Shown here piece by piece: positions 25,946 to 38,728 of a stretch of DNA of 64,000 bases. Both the position numbers and the translations under genes were made by a program. Location of the stretch: positions 34,784,463 to 34,848,462 of the forward strand of contig JAHRHZ010000222.1 in assembly GCA_024137785.1 (NCBI GenBank), read 5' to 3'. The notes under the pieces are model-generated. The model had not been told where the DNA came from, searched no databases, and saw nothing but the letters and a program-made list of their open reading frames with translations. The DNA is from Ginglymostoma cirratum. Taxonomy: Eukaryota. The stretch's first letter is position 1. Every line of letters starts with the position of its first letter.

Positions 25946-27647
25946 AACTTTCTTACAGACCTCAACGCACAGTTCTGTATAAGTCACATCAGACGCAAAA
26001 CATTAACTCTGTTTCTCTCTCCACAAATGTTGCCTGCTGAGTTTCTCCAGGACTTTCTGTTTTTATCCTATATGCATATATACTCTGCGCTACAATTTAT
26101 CTCGTGTCATTCCCACGAGTGAATTATTTTGTTTGCTATTTCTTATCTCTAATCAAACTGATTTTACAGTTTCACCACCTGAACCTAAGACTAGCTCTCA
26201 TTTCTGGACTGATCCTATGCTTAACAGAGCTACCTTACCTCCTTTGCTTTCTTCTTGTCCTACTGAAACAAACCCTTAAATGTTCAGGTTCCAGCCATGG
26301 TGACTTTTTAACCACACCTCTGCTAAGCCTGTGAAGGGCTCAGGGTGATAAAATTACAAATTATTTTCTGTTCTCTCAATGGCGTATCTTAGATTGCATG
26401 CATCTCCTATATAATGACTGTTGGTCCTTCTATTTGTGGGAAATGCGCTGAAATCATTAGCTATGACAATAGAGGACTGGGTAAGATTGCCAATCAGCAA
26501 CATGATACATGGCACAGAGTCTTGAGTCTGACCTGGTGGATTAACATACGACAAAAATGTCCTGCTAATTTCCTGATAACCAGGCATTCACATGCAGGAC
26601 AATCTGCATGGCATTGTTCAATACGTGAACACTAATGGAATGACAAGCCTTTGCCACTCTTTAGGAGGTTGATATACAGCGCTTTGAGTGCTATCTGCTT
26701 CTGTCAGTTGCTCCCTGCACCTTTGGGAACCATACCAGACTGTAACTTGCACTTTCCCTCAGCTTCTTTGGTTCCATCGGGAAGGATATGGATTGTGTTG
26801 CACTCCTGAACAGACGATCAGTGACCTTTTTGATGTGGCAGTGAGCTGTGGTCTGAATAATGTGGGAAAGGTCACCAGATACTACCTGGAAAAATCCAGT
26901 GGCAAAGAATTTCAAAGCAGTGGTGACCTTAACTGGTAGAAAGATTGCTCTTTACCTGGTTGAAGCAGGCCACCATTCTTCATTAAGCAGCTGACAACTC
27001 TTCCCAGAGCCAGTAGCGAGGAGGGGATATGGAGAATGACAACCTTCTGAGAGACAGTTACAATCAATAAAAGACCCTTCTGTTTGCCAAACCTCTTTTG
27101 AATTGATATGTGCACAAAGAGAAAAAAAACAACTTTGTGCCGCCTCAAAGTGGCTCCAATCTAGCTTGCTGTATCTACTATCTACAGCATGGGAAAAGAC
27201 AAGACTTCCCATCAAGAATTCATGTCCCCAGTCTACTGCAGTAATTCCAGCAAAGCTGAGTAAAAGTCAAAACAAAACTGACTGAACTCTAGAGCTCTAA
27301 AGAAATCTATATGCAATGAAAGTTACACCACCACTCAGTTGTAACCAAGACAATCTCCTCCAAGCAGTATCCACCACAAGCTTATCTGACTGTTGATAGG
27401 TCTGGGGTGAAGGTCAAAGAGATTAGCTACACTTACTTCATCACCTATTTAAATGTTTCAGAATGGCTCCTGCACAGACTTAAAAGGGACTGACAATCTT
27501 GAGGTGACATGCATCAGCCCTCCTCATTTTACTCAATTACCACATCAAATCAGGCAGAAAATCTAAGTAAAATCTATCACAATTTGTCAACTTATATTTT
27601 GCGATTGTCAATATCAGTAATATCGAGGTGTGGTATGAAACGCTTAT

Positions 27648-28010
27648 AATAAAAACAGAAAATGCTGGAAAAAAATCAGCAGCTCCATCAGACAGCTGTG
27701 GAGAAGCAAACAGAGTTGATGTTTCAACTCCAATATGCCAATTCTTCACAACACTTAGGAAATAAAATGTATATTCTTGATCTATTGCATAATATTTCAC
27801 TGGAATTGTTTCAAATTAGTCACACTGTGACTAATTATAATATAAGACAAAACATCCAGTTTGTCAGCAACCTAACCAATTAACTAAAAACACCTTTCAG
27901 TATTTTGTTGTTACTGAAACAATGTGCCAGGCATAGTACAAATCAACTTCGTTTCTCTCCCAATATGCTGCCTTACTAGCTGAGTATTTTCTGTTTTTAT
28001 GCCAGATGTT
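27648..28010. mobile_element. Two old family-B pLTR remnants in inverted orientation
   Basis: aaaacagaaaatgctggaaaaaaatcagcag...gagttgatgtttc (27652-27725) and gtttctctcccaatatgctgcc..gctgagtattttctgttttt (27950-28000). Confidence 0.5.
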
Positions 28011-29067
28011 TTATTGTAATGTACCCATAAACCCAAAAAGTATAAATATATCGTTGTACATTAGTAAATAATATTATCCAAATCCTTGCTCTCCTTATCA
28101 CTTTCCTATCCTGTTCCTGCTGAAATGCAGTTCCATGAGCAGCAGCAGTCCTCAGTGCATTCCCAAATTCGCGTTACCATGCTTAAATATATGAATGCAG
28201 TGGAGGGAGAGCAATACAAGTGAGCCCCATCCTGAGTTCAGCCCATGCCCACGTGCACACTGCCCAGCAGCAGGCACTCCATAGTAACGAATAGGGAGAA
28301 GTCCTTGCTGATTTTTCTTCTCCCCATTAGTTAAAGCCACTTACAGTGCTCCTATTCTTTCATGTGAGGTAGCAAACTCATGCCAAAAAAAACCAAAACA
28401 ACTACCTCCCTCCCTGCTCGCCACCAACTGAACAAAAAAATCTGCGTCATCTTTATTTTTGGTGTTCAAATACAAAATGCTCAAAATTGACTTTTTTGAT
28501 TTATGTTAATTTTCTTCAATGAAGCCTGTCAACACGACTTTACTGCCGATGTTCCTACACTTGGCTGGAGTGAAGGATGTAGAATGGCTCGAGGGGATAT
28601 GAAAAAGTTGGACAGTGTCTGGAACAACTTTTCCATCTGGCACCTTGTCACTGGAAGTGCAGTGTTCAAAACACATAAACACAGGTTCCATTGAACCTCG
28701 ACTCATTTAACACCAGGGAAGAGGAACAGATCCATCTGAGCACTCTTCCAGCCAGTAATCATATTATTAGATTCAATACTAAAACCTGTAAGTGCAAAGC
28801 AGAAGAAAGTAGCTGAAGTACCATAACTGAAGTATTGTGGGTTACCAACTATACCTACAACGAGCACAGATTACAGAAAGATATTGCTAAAAAAGGGCAC
28901 ATTCAGCAAAACATAGTTGGAATACTTTGTCCTAACATATCATCTCAGATCTACCCAAAGTACTGACAAAATATCCATACCGCAACAAAACAGGTCATAA
29001 AACGTGCAGCTCTGCAAATAACTTAGCCACTTCCTGGCAAAACCCTCTACTCAAAAAACTTGCACTA

Positions 29068-29244
<177 letters not shown>

Positions 29245-29439
29245 TCATTTAATTACTAAATGTATTCATTTAGCATTGTATATTTAGAGATGTCATTCAT
29301 GGGTGCTCTGCCTAAAAGCAGGTCTTAGACTCATTATCTGGTGATGCTTCATCTTAACCTGTTTTCCTTGGCAGTGTTCTTATTGGTTTGCCATAGCTTT
29401 CCAGGTTCAGGAGCAGGGGAAGGAGACATATCCATATCT

Positions 29440-29525
29440 ATCTCAGCCAGAAAGGATTCAAACCTGCGCTGATAGCATCAATCTGAACTATACCTTAGCC
29501 ATCTAACCAAGTTGGCTAACTACCC
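29440..29525 (-). mobile_element. tRNA-SINE head remnant in the short ZNF423 intron
   Basis: Minus strand tagccaacttggttag (A-box-like) ... ggtttgaatcc (B-box-like) ... ctggctgaga. Confidence 0.45.
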
Positions 29526-29799
29526 TCACTGACCATTTAAATTTGTACAATAACTTAAACTCACTCAAACTGAATTGTACCTTAAAATTATTAATTGTAG
29601 TCAACATGGCACCAAGTTGAAACTTTTACAAAATTCTTATTTTAAAAAAATGGATGCCACACAGCTAAATCAATAAAGACGACAAATCTCTAAGTTTATT
29701 ATATTTACATATTTGGATTCACTACTTTGCTGAGGAAAACTTGCATTAATATCAAATTTACCTACTGTTTTTAATGTATGAATGTTTTTATTTGCTTAC

Positions 29800-32700
29800 C
29801 CTTGGAGCAGGTGATGCCTGTGATGACTTTTTCTGGCTACTTGTTTCTGGTGTCATTTCTCTATGGTCTATCTGGATATGACTCTCCAGATCCTCGACAG
29901 TTTCAAATTTAACCGAACAATCAGGACACCGAAGACTGACACTGGTTCGTTCATTGTTTTCCTGTTGTGTTACATTTGAAGATTGACCATTGGTACCTCT
30001 GTTCATGCAACCTGCACATAAGCCATAGGGCAAGCCATTGATGTCAAGTTTCACCAAGTCCTGTTTGCTCCTAAATTCTTTCAGGCATAAAGCACACTTG
30101 TAGAGTCTCTGATGACTCTGATTATTTGGAGATGATGATGCAGAGTTTCCTGACAATTTTTGCATGTGGAATGTTCCATGAATTTTCAGCTCAAGAGTAG
30201 AGGTGACTGTCTGCATGCAAACTACACAACGGAACCCTGTGAGGGAGTTTCTCAGATCTGGATGCATCTGACAGTGCTCGATGAATTCCTCTTCACTCTG
30301 CAATGGCATTTTGCAGATCCTGCAAGTTCCCGTATCCAGACTTTTGCTATGTGTGACCTTGTGCTCAGTCAGTGTTAGAAGGGAAGGGAACCTCTCACCG
30401 CAAATAGGACACATGTAGTGTTTAGCAGGTCCACGATGGGTCTGCATGTGCTCTCGGAGGCCACTCTCCGAGAAAAATGTCCGAGCACAGATGTTGCATT
30501 TGTGGCTCCCCTTGATGAATTCAGCCTTTTTCCGTGAACAATCATCTTCTCCAGGTTGAATATTGTGATCTCTCAACCTGTGATTCTGCAGAAGGGCCTC
30601 CATAGTGTAAGCTGCACCACAGATATCACAGCCGTACATTGGTTCCGAAGCATCAATATCATCTTCGCTAGCTTCGTGACTGTTTAGAGCTTCCTGGCTT
30701 TTCATCAGTATGTTCTGAAGATCAGTCTCCACTCTTTTGTTACACGATACAATGCCATTTGTTGTACCATTTTGGCTGCTGTTGTCGAACACACAGTGCT
30801 TCTCCCTTAAGTGCTTTTCTAGCAAAATAATGGCATGGAAGGCCTTACTGCAAAATTTACAGTTATATTTTTTGCTGTGTGTTGTGATATGGCATTGCAG
30901 TTCCACTTCTGTACTGAATGTGTCGCCACAGAATATACATTTACGGGCCTTTGCTGGATTGCCTAAATGGCTGTGCTTGACATGAAGTTGAAGATCTGCT
31001 TCCTTTCGGAAATCCCAATTGCAGGCTGTGCAGCGATACATCTTCTTCTCGTTACTGTGCTTCACTGCCAAATGCACCTGGATGGAGACCTTGGAATCAA
31101 ACACTTCTTGGCACAACGTGCAGTGGTATAGAACAAAAGTATGCATATCCAACAAGTGCTTCTGTAGGTCATCAACTGAGGAAAATTGCTTATCACAGCT
31201 CTCACAGACATAATGAGTCGAAGTTGTCATGTAGTGTATGGTGAGGTGTTGTAACAGGGTCTCCTGGGAATCAAAATCCTCTTTGCACTGAGGACAGGAT
31301 TGCTTCCTTAGAAGAATTTCCAAATGTGACTTCAGATGGCTTTGGAAACTTTCGAAAGAAGAGAACTTGAGATCACATTGATTGCACGGGTATTCCCCAT
31401 TTGACAGTGACTGTACACTTGCTGACAACCTCTGTCTTTTCGGAGAAGAGACTTCTGCATCAGAAGAAACAGGACTTTGTTCTGACTTCGATTTTCTGCC
31501 ACTGTTTGCTGCTAGTGGAATGTTCTTATGGTTTTCCTTGATGTGCTTTGTGAGCTTAAGAATGGTGCCAAAAATGGGTGAATTGGTGCAATAAGGACAA
31601 GAATAAACTTCCATGAAGGACTGCGTGGCTTGGAGTGCGGGAGACTCCAGCTTGGGATTTCCTACATTGCAGTGAGCTTGTTGAATGTGGTCTGAGAGTG
31701 AAGATTCTGTAAGAAATCCCAGTGAACAATGGGAACAGAAGAAAGTATGGTTTCCATCTTGAGAGAGAGTATTTGGAACACAATGTGTAATTCGTATGTG
31801 TTCCTGCAAACTACTTAGGTCTGCAAATATTTCTGGGCAGTAATTGCAGTGAAACGTTGACGCACTGGTGAACTGCATTACTGGAAAAATACTATTTTTG
31901 TGGACTTTCCGGACATGCTCATTTAAGTTATATAAAGTGGGAAGTGAATCAAGGCAGTATTGGCATGTGTGACCTTGCTGAGGTTTATCTGAGTGAATAG
32001 TTTTTAAATGAATTTCTAGGACAGCCAAGCTACTGAAGTCACGCTTAGAGCAATATGGGCAGCTATAGGTGACTTTTGGTGACCAAGAGTTTTGACTTCC
32101 TTCTCTTTCCAAAGATCCTGAAGGTTTCCTGTGACTTCTGGATGGTTTTAGGGTAGAATCAGGCGTGGAACCTCGTTCTACTGAAGCACTAGAATCTGGG
32201 GTCGTGCTACTCATTGAAGCTGCACTTCCTGTAGCAGGATCAGGACTTACACTATGATTACTAGAATCTGGTTGTCTGTGGCTATCCAAGTGGCAATAGA
32301 CTTCTTCCACTGTAGGGAACTGTTCTGGGCACATAGGACACTTATGTTTCTTATTCCCATGAGCTAGGTCAATGTGATTTATCAATGCATTTTCTTCTGC
32401 AAATACTTCAGGGCAATGGATGCACTGTAACTCTGCTTTCTCACAAATCTGTGGGTGATTTGTTGCTATATGTTTCTCCAAGTCTTCAACTTGATTAAAT
32501 GTCTCATCACAATAATCGCAAACAACATCTTCTTTCTTCATCTCCTTCTCAAGCTTTGTAATATGATCTTTGTTCTTTTTATGAGCCTGCATATGACTCT
32601 GTAATGAACTTGTGGAAGAGAACCCACGTTTACAAATTGTGCACTTGAATGGCTTACTTGAGCTGTGAGTTTTCAAGTGGATTTTGAGATGATCACTACG

Positions 32701-33035
32701 AGAAAAAGCTGCTTCACACTCGTGACAGTGGTACTTTTTATCTCCAGTGTGAAGTTTGATGTGACGGTCACGACTTCGTTTATGTTTGAATAGGCGGCTA
32801 CAAAATGTACACTTGAAGGGGAGTTTGTCACTGTGGATTTGCTCATGCCTCTTAAGGTAACTCAAACGACTGAATGATTTATCACAAAATTGGCATGGGT
32901 AGGGCAAACCAGTCCCTCCTTCTTCATCCACCAGGCCGAGATCACAGCCTTCTCCTAGCATCTGGGAGGGTGATGCAACATCTTTACTGGAGGGCGATGA
33001 AGCTACCCATGATATTTGTGGGTCATCGTCACCAT
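29800..33035 (-). CDS. ZNF423: ZNF423 large internal coding exon (3,236 bp, phase 1 to phase 0): 25 C2H2 zinc fingers plus one atypical CxxC...CxxC motif
   Basis: Lies within ORF 29788..33156. Acceptor tttttgcatttgcAG|ATGGTGACGATGAC (AG at 33037-33036); donor CCAAGG|GTAAGC (GT at 29799-29798). The peptide [34 protein letters not shown]...[28 protein letters not shown]...ASPAPR fits vertebrate ZNF423 better than its paralog ZNF521. Confidence 0.96.
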
Positions 33036-34344
33036 CTGCAAATGCAAAAAGATTATAAAACTCAATTCTCGATTGACTTGATGAATAAGGGCAAACCATT
33101 CTTACAGCATGCAACTTTGTAGTATTAGAGTCTGAGCTTTTCTCAGTAGTATACAACGGCCAATGATAAAACTAATTGTGCCATATAACGTATACTTTTG
33201 CTAAACAGGAACTACTTTACAGCTGAAAGATAGGTTTCTGAACATTTCCAACAATTATAGCTGGCTAAGTAACTTATTAAGCTGATTATTTCATCATTTT
33301 ATCAAAAATATTAAAAGCACAAAAATGCTAATTTAATAAGGTTATATTACATTTTGTTCGTTTTCATCTATCGTATCTAGAATGAAGAAGATACCCAGTA
33401 ATTGGGTCCAGCGCAAGTAGCTACTCTGGTGCCATGTCTTCCAATTCTCCATCAATCTATTCAACACATTCCCAAATGAAATCAGTTGAGAATTGTTTTG
33501 GTTGATAACAGGAATTCTCAAAGCACAACTAAACTGGTTAAAGTGGCAAAACTTTGAAATAATATTAACTTATTTCTTGGAAGCAGTATTGTGTTTTCAG
33601 TTTAAATATCAAACAGATATATTTCTATTTAAGTTAGACTGTCATTCGTACAAAAATACTATATGCAGAAGTACAGCAAATCCCTAAACAATCCAAACTG
33701 TCTTCTAAGGCCACTTGATAAGAAAATACTACCCCAGACTGCTCCCTAAAGATTCTTGCAGCAGGAAAATCTGACCTTTATTTTGTAACAGCCTCTCAGT
33801 AGAATCTGATGTTGTAGGCGCTTTAAATAGTTTCAATAAATGTCACTGCATAAACTTATTTTCGATATAAATATTTTGTTAATTTAGAATCGCACACCAT
33901 ACCCTGCAAGCATAAGCCTTTATTGCTACAAAACTAGAATTACGATAAATGTAAAAAAAAATGATTGAGAGAGGATTAAGGTCATTAAAAAGTGCTAATC
34001 CTTTAAAATAGGCTTGTTCACACACAGTGGCAAAGAGCATGTGGCTTTTAGAATGCTTTTTCTATATTCACATGAGGGAATTAGCAACTAGGGATGCTAA
34101 TATTAAACATTTTCAGCAAAATTTATTGCATAATGAAATGAGGCTGAACTAGCAGCATTTTCAAAGCAACTTCTGTAGTACTGTTCAACCTGGATAATGT
34201 GTGTTAGCATACGTGTGAGATTGCACTTGTGTGCACATGTTTGTTGAGAAATGAAATAGAAGGCCATTAATAAAAAAAAAACTTGGCTTGCTAACTCTCC
34301 TACAAAGGATCATTTGTGTCTTATTGTACTTAAGGTGCTCTATA

Positions 34345-34380
34345 TGTGTGTATACACACACACACACGTTTATGCACACA
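34345..34380. repeat. Short (TG)/(CA) microsatellite
   Basis: tgtgtgtatacacacacacacacacg. Confidence 0.7.
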
Positions 34381-34497
34381 AGTGCAAATATAAACTATGT
34401 CTACATTGATTGTGAAAGTTCGTCATTATCAAGTAAGAGACTGCAATTTTACATTTAATTGATTTACCCCTGAAAACAATTCAATATCAGAAATCGG

Positions 34498-34612
34498 ACC
34501 CCTCTTGGGGTACAGTGGCAGTGTTTCTACACCTGGACTGGGAAACCGGGTTCAAGTCCCACTTGCTCCAGTTGTGAGTAATAACATCTCTGAACAGGTT
34601 GATTAGAAAAAT
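34498..34612 (+). mobile_element. Short tRNA-derived SINE
   Basis: A-box-like ggggtacagtgg, B-box ggttcaagtcc, 3' end taacatctctgaacaggttgattagaaaa. Confidence 0.7.
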
Positions 34613-34849
34613 TGATTAAATTTTTAAGAAGTTAAAAAGAGTATAAATATGGTGTCCAGGCACATCTAATTAAATTAGAATGAAACATTTTCCAGGAGAC
34701 CATTTGCAAGCCTGTAAGGGAGCTGCTACAAGATCAAACAATTACCATGCAATAGCAACCTTGAAGGGCTGGGTTTGCTTGCTTATACAAGCGTCTTTTA
34801 GAAGCAATGTATAACATAGTTTCATTCAACTACATGAAGCAACATTTAC

Positions 34850-35900
34850 AGACAGCACTTAATGTGGTAAAACATGTGGCAAAAAATATTAAGGCATTCC
34901 AAACAACGACGATTGGGCAAAACATAACAGTGAACAGAACAGAGATAGGGTGATTAGCCAAAAAATGATCAAAGAGTAGACTTCAAGAAACAACATATAA
35001 AAAAGGAGATGGAGATACAGGTGTTTATGGAGAAAATTCCATGGATTACAACATAGCCAGTGAAGGCATCACTTGCTGATGGAGGTGCAAAAGACAAGAA
35101 AATTAAAAATACACAGGTATCGAGCAGTTGTAAAGCTGGAGAAAGTTACAAAGATAGGGAAGGGTAAGATCATCGAGGGATTCAAACTCAAGAATGAGAA
35201 TTTAAAATGAAACTGCAGCATGAGCGAGAGCCAAGACAACAAGGACAGCGGTGATGGCTGGAGGGAACGTGCGACAAATTAGACACAAGCAATGTATGAA
35301 TCAGCTGAATTTTAAGGAGGATGAAAGGTGGGAAGCTGGCCAAGTAGTATGGAGTCTAGAGTCAAGTCTGAAAGTAAAAAAGACACGCATGAGCAATTCA
35401 GCAGTAGATGAGCCGAGACAGGGAAGAGAGATCAACTACTCTCCCAAATGGATACAGAAGTAGACAGTTTCGATGATGGAGAGGTTACAAGATGGAAAGT
35501 TTGTTTAAGGTCATTTAGGATTCTGAGACTGAGAACAGTTGGCTCAGTCTCAAAACCGAGGCCAATGACAAGCTGAAGTGGCGAGGAAATAGTGTGGTGG
35601 GGGCCATCTGTTTCGTCCCTTAAAATGGTTTAAGAGAAATACCAAGGATGAAATCACTTTTAGAAGAAAAGTAAACTTTAATAAGAAAATTTCTAACAAC
35701 TTTTTCATTAAGTTGGAGTTGGTTCAATGAAGGAATGACAACTTGGGTTGGGAAAAATAAACAAGATGAGAATACACAAGATGAGAGAGATTGTAAAGTG
35801 CTATCCAAACGTATAACATTCCAACATTTAAAAGTTAAATATTTAATGCATACTTATACAAGCACTGGACAAGTGGAACCATTCAAGAGCTCACTTGGTT
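34850..35900 (-). mobile_element. Degenerate L2-like LINE remnant
   Basis: Shares motifs with 1200-2200 (tgatcaaagagtagacttcaag, gagaaaattccatgga, aagaatgagaatttaaaatg, tcagcagtagatgag). Confidence 0.4.
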
Positions 35901-36898
35901 TAAGTATTCAGAGCTATCCCTTAATGGTATCACCTGGGGAAAATGATGGTACAGTATTGAAGGACAAGAACTCAGTACAGTGATGGGACACAATATATAG
36001 TTCCTGGCCACATTGTAGTTGTGATCTGAGCTGTGAAACTGTGGGGAGGAGTTGGTAGGAGTTTTCTATAGGAAGAAGAACTTCTTCCATAAATTTGTAG
36101 CAGCATGCTGGAGGACTGTTAGCAGACTGCCAAGTTCAGCCTCATCTAGCTCTTGGGAAATGGAGATAATAAATGAATTGGTATGTGATCGTCAAACAGA
36201 CTTTTCAACCAAATAAAAACCTGATCATCTTCAGTTTCTTCAAAGAATGGGTATTTATCAAAGTGATTAAGCTAGGATCTAATTTTGTCAACACACAGCA
36301 ACTTTACATTTTTTAAAAAAATCAAATTAACATTAACAAAGTGAACTTCACGTGTACGCCACAATCAACAGTTTTAATCACATCAATGATCAGACAATAA
36401 ACTGGAGCAGCCACACTGTGAGAAGAGCAGGGAAGAGCATAGTGAGCTCTTTAGTGATGGTTCAGCTCTCAACCAATTTACACCATCTAAAAGACCAAAT
36501 CACTCGGGTGATGAAAAATTCTTCATTAACAGATATGTATCATGCCACAAAAACAACATTCAAAAACTCAACATGCTCTAGGGCACAGCAACTCACCTGA
36601 TAGTCACCCCTACCAGTGAGCTCCATATCCATATTCTTCACCAGTGACACAACTTGTCCCTAGTATATACTATTTGCAGAATAAATTATTCTTGCATCAA
36701 ATTATCAATTGTTTGTACAAGGTAATGGTTCTGAAAGGGGTAATGCTGGAGACTGCAGTAAGCTCTAACCAACCTGACCATGCCGTACAATATTAGGTGG
36801 CTACATTAGGAGTAAAATTTTGGATTTTCAAGTGGACAGATGTATTTCCTACATCTCCCAATAGTCTAAGCAGCAATGTCAAAATGGCTAATGCATTT

Positions 36899-37012
36899 AT
36901 TTTCTAATCAACCTGCTCAGAGATATTATTACACGCCTCTGGAGTAGGTGGGACTTGAAACTTGGGCTTCCGGCACAGAGATATGTCCACTACCATTGTG
37001 CCACAAAAGACC
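36899..37012 (-). mobile_element. Short tRNA-derived SINE, inverted relative of 34498-34612
   Basis: tttctaatcaacctgctcagagatattatta...gtgggacttgaaac...ccactaccattgtgcca. Confidence 0.7.
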
Positions 37013-37138
37013 TAAATTTTAAACTTTTATTGGATTCAAATTTTACTACTTGTTGTGGTGGGATTTGGTCTCATATCCAGACATCACCAGCATGGGATTT
37101 TGGATTATGGATGACTAGAACACCACATCTCCCCTTCT

Positions 37139-38070
37139 GAGATAAAAGGTACAGCAACCGCAGGAAGCGCTACACCTGCCCCCACACCTCCTACCTCACC
37201 CCAATCCCAGGCCCCAAGAAGACTTTCCACATCAGGCAGATGTTCACCTGCACATCTGCCAATGTGGTATACTGCATCCGCTGTACCCATTGTGGCTTCC
37301 TCTACATCGGGGAGACCAAGCGGAGGCTTGGGGACCGCTTTGCAGAACACCTGCGCTCAGTTCGCAACAAACAACTGCACCTCCCTGTCGCGAACCATTT
37401 CAACTCCCCCTCCCATTCCTCAGACGACATGTCCATCCTGGGCCTCCTACAATGCCACAGTGATGCCACCTGAAGGCTGCAGGAACAGCAAATCATATTC
37501 AGCCTGGGAACCCTGCAGCCCAATGGTATCAATGTGGATTTCACAAGCTTCAAAATCTCCCCTCCCCCAACCGCATCCCAAAACCAGCCCAGCTCATCTC
37601 CACCTCCCTAACCTGTCCTTCCTCTCACCTATCCCCTCCTCCCACCTCAAGCCCCACCCCCATCTCCTTTCTACTAGCATCATCCCACCCCCTTGACCTG
37701 TCCGTCCTCCCTGGACTGACCTATCTCCTCCCTACCCCCCCACCTACACTCACCTTTACTGGCTCCATCCCTGCCTCTTCGACTTGTCTGCCTCCTCTCC
37801 ACCTATCCTCTCCTCTATCCGCCTCCCCCTCTCTCCCTATTTATTTCAGAACCCTCTTCCCCTCCCCCATTTCTGATGAAGGGTCTAGGCCCGAAACGTC
37901 AAGTTTTCCTGCTCCTGATGCTGCTTGGCCTGCTGTGTTCATCCAGCCCCACGCCTTGTTATCTCGGATTCTCCAGCATCTGCAGTACCTTTTATCTCCT
38001 ATAAAAGGTACTGCTTTCCTGCTCCTATGATGCTGCTTGGCCTGCTGTGTTCATCCAGCCCCACACCTTG
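37139..38070 (+). mobile_element. 5'-truncated Penelope-like retroelement: GIY-YIG endonuclease remnant, pyrimidine-rich spacer, pLTR and partial tandem pLTR
   Basis: ORF FTCTSANVVYCIRCTHCGFLYIGETKRRLGDRFAEH...VANHFNS..H; after an in-frame TGA it continues RLQEQQIIFSLGTLQPNGINVDF, typical of the PLE GIY-YIG domain. 14-bp TSD acatctccccttct (37125-37138 / 38071-38084). Confidence 0.92.
37873..37900 (+). ncRNA. Minimal hammerhead ribozyme motif in the PLE pLTR
   Basis: CTGATGA-A-GGGT(ctag)GCCC-GAAA-CGTC; helix I attt/aagt; palindromic ACGT in place of a looped helix III; predicted GUC cleavage. Confidence 0.7.
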
Positions 38071-38728
38071 ACATCTCCCCTTCTAATTGATTAATGTAAC
38101 TTTTACCTAACTTAAATCATGCAATAAACTACATTTTGTTGAACAAAGAGCCTCTTCCTATTCAGATTCATTGGTGAATTCTTCCATGATCAAAGTAAAC
38201 CAAATAGATCCTTGAACCAATGAAAGGAAGAGGAGCATCTTTTTACCCACAAATAAGAAACAATGATCAGCAGTGGGCATTGTTGTTTTATACCAAAAGG
38301 TACACCTGTGAAAAATCCAATGCACCCAGATGACATTTTCCAGAAAACCAAGTGAGTTTACAGCTTTGAAAACTTTACTGTTTAAGAGCAACTCAACACA
38401 GACTGTTCACAGCTGCAAGTGTTTGAACAAACTACAGCAGGAGCTCATGAAAAGACCAACAAATGATATAATGTTTTCAATTCTGAATCTGTTTGTTGCA
38501 TCTCTATTAAAGAAGATGGGCTAACCATCTCAACATCATTCTTTTCATCATCGCTCTTTTAGTTACATTTTTGAAATTGCATCCAAGAACTGAATTTCGA
38601 AATCATCTTTATTTCAAAGACTCCACTTCTTCCTGTCTAATTCTATGGGCCTGAAGTCTAGCCATGACAGTTAGTGAACAATCCAGGATGTTCCTCTTGT
38701 AACCTTGCAATTTCTTTTATTTCCAATG

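Noticed and set aside
29800-33035. Assignment to the paralog ZNF521
   Set aside because: Segments such as [23 protein letters not shown] and [12 protein letters not shown], and the next exon's [18 protein letters not shown], fit ZNF423.
30160-33122. Plus-strand ORFs antisense to the ZNF423 exon
   Set aside because: Short shadow ORFs of the coding strand with no recognisable domain.
33036-33156. N-terminal ~41 aa of the 1122-aa ORF (and its terminal VSK*) as real protein
   Set aside because: These lie outside the canonical acceptor (33036) and donor (29799); they are open intron sequence with no ZNF423 similarity.
37471-37473. In-frame TGA in the GIY-YIG frame as readthrough or selenocysteine
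   Set aside because: Most simply a CGA to TGA CpG mutation in a dead, truncated copy.
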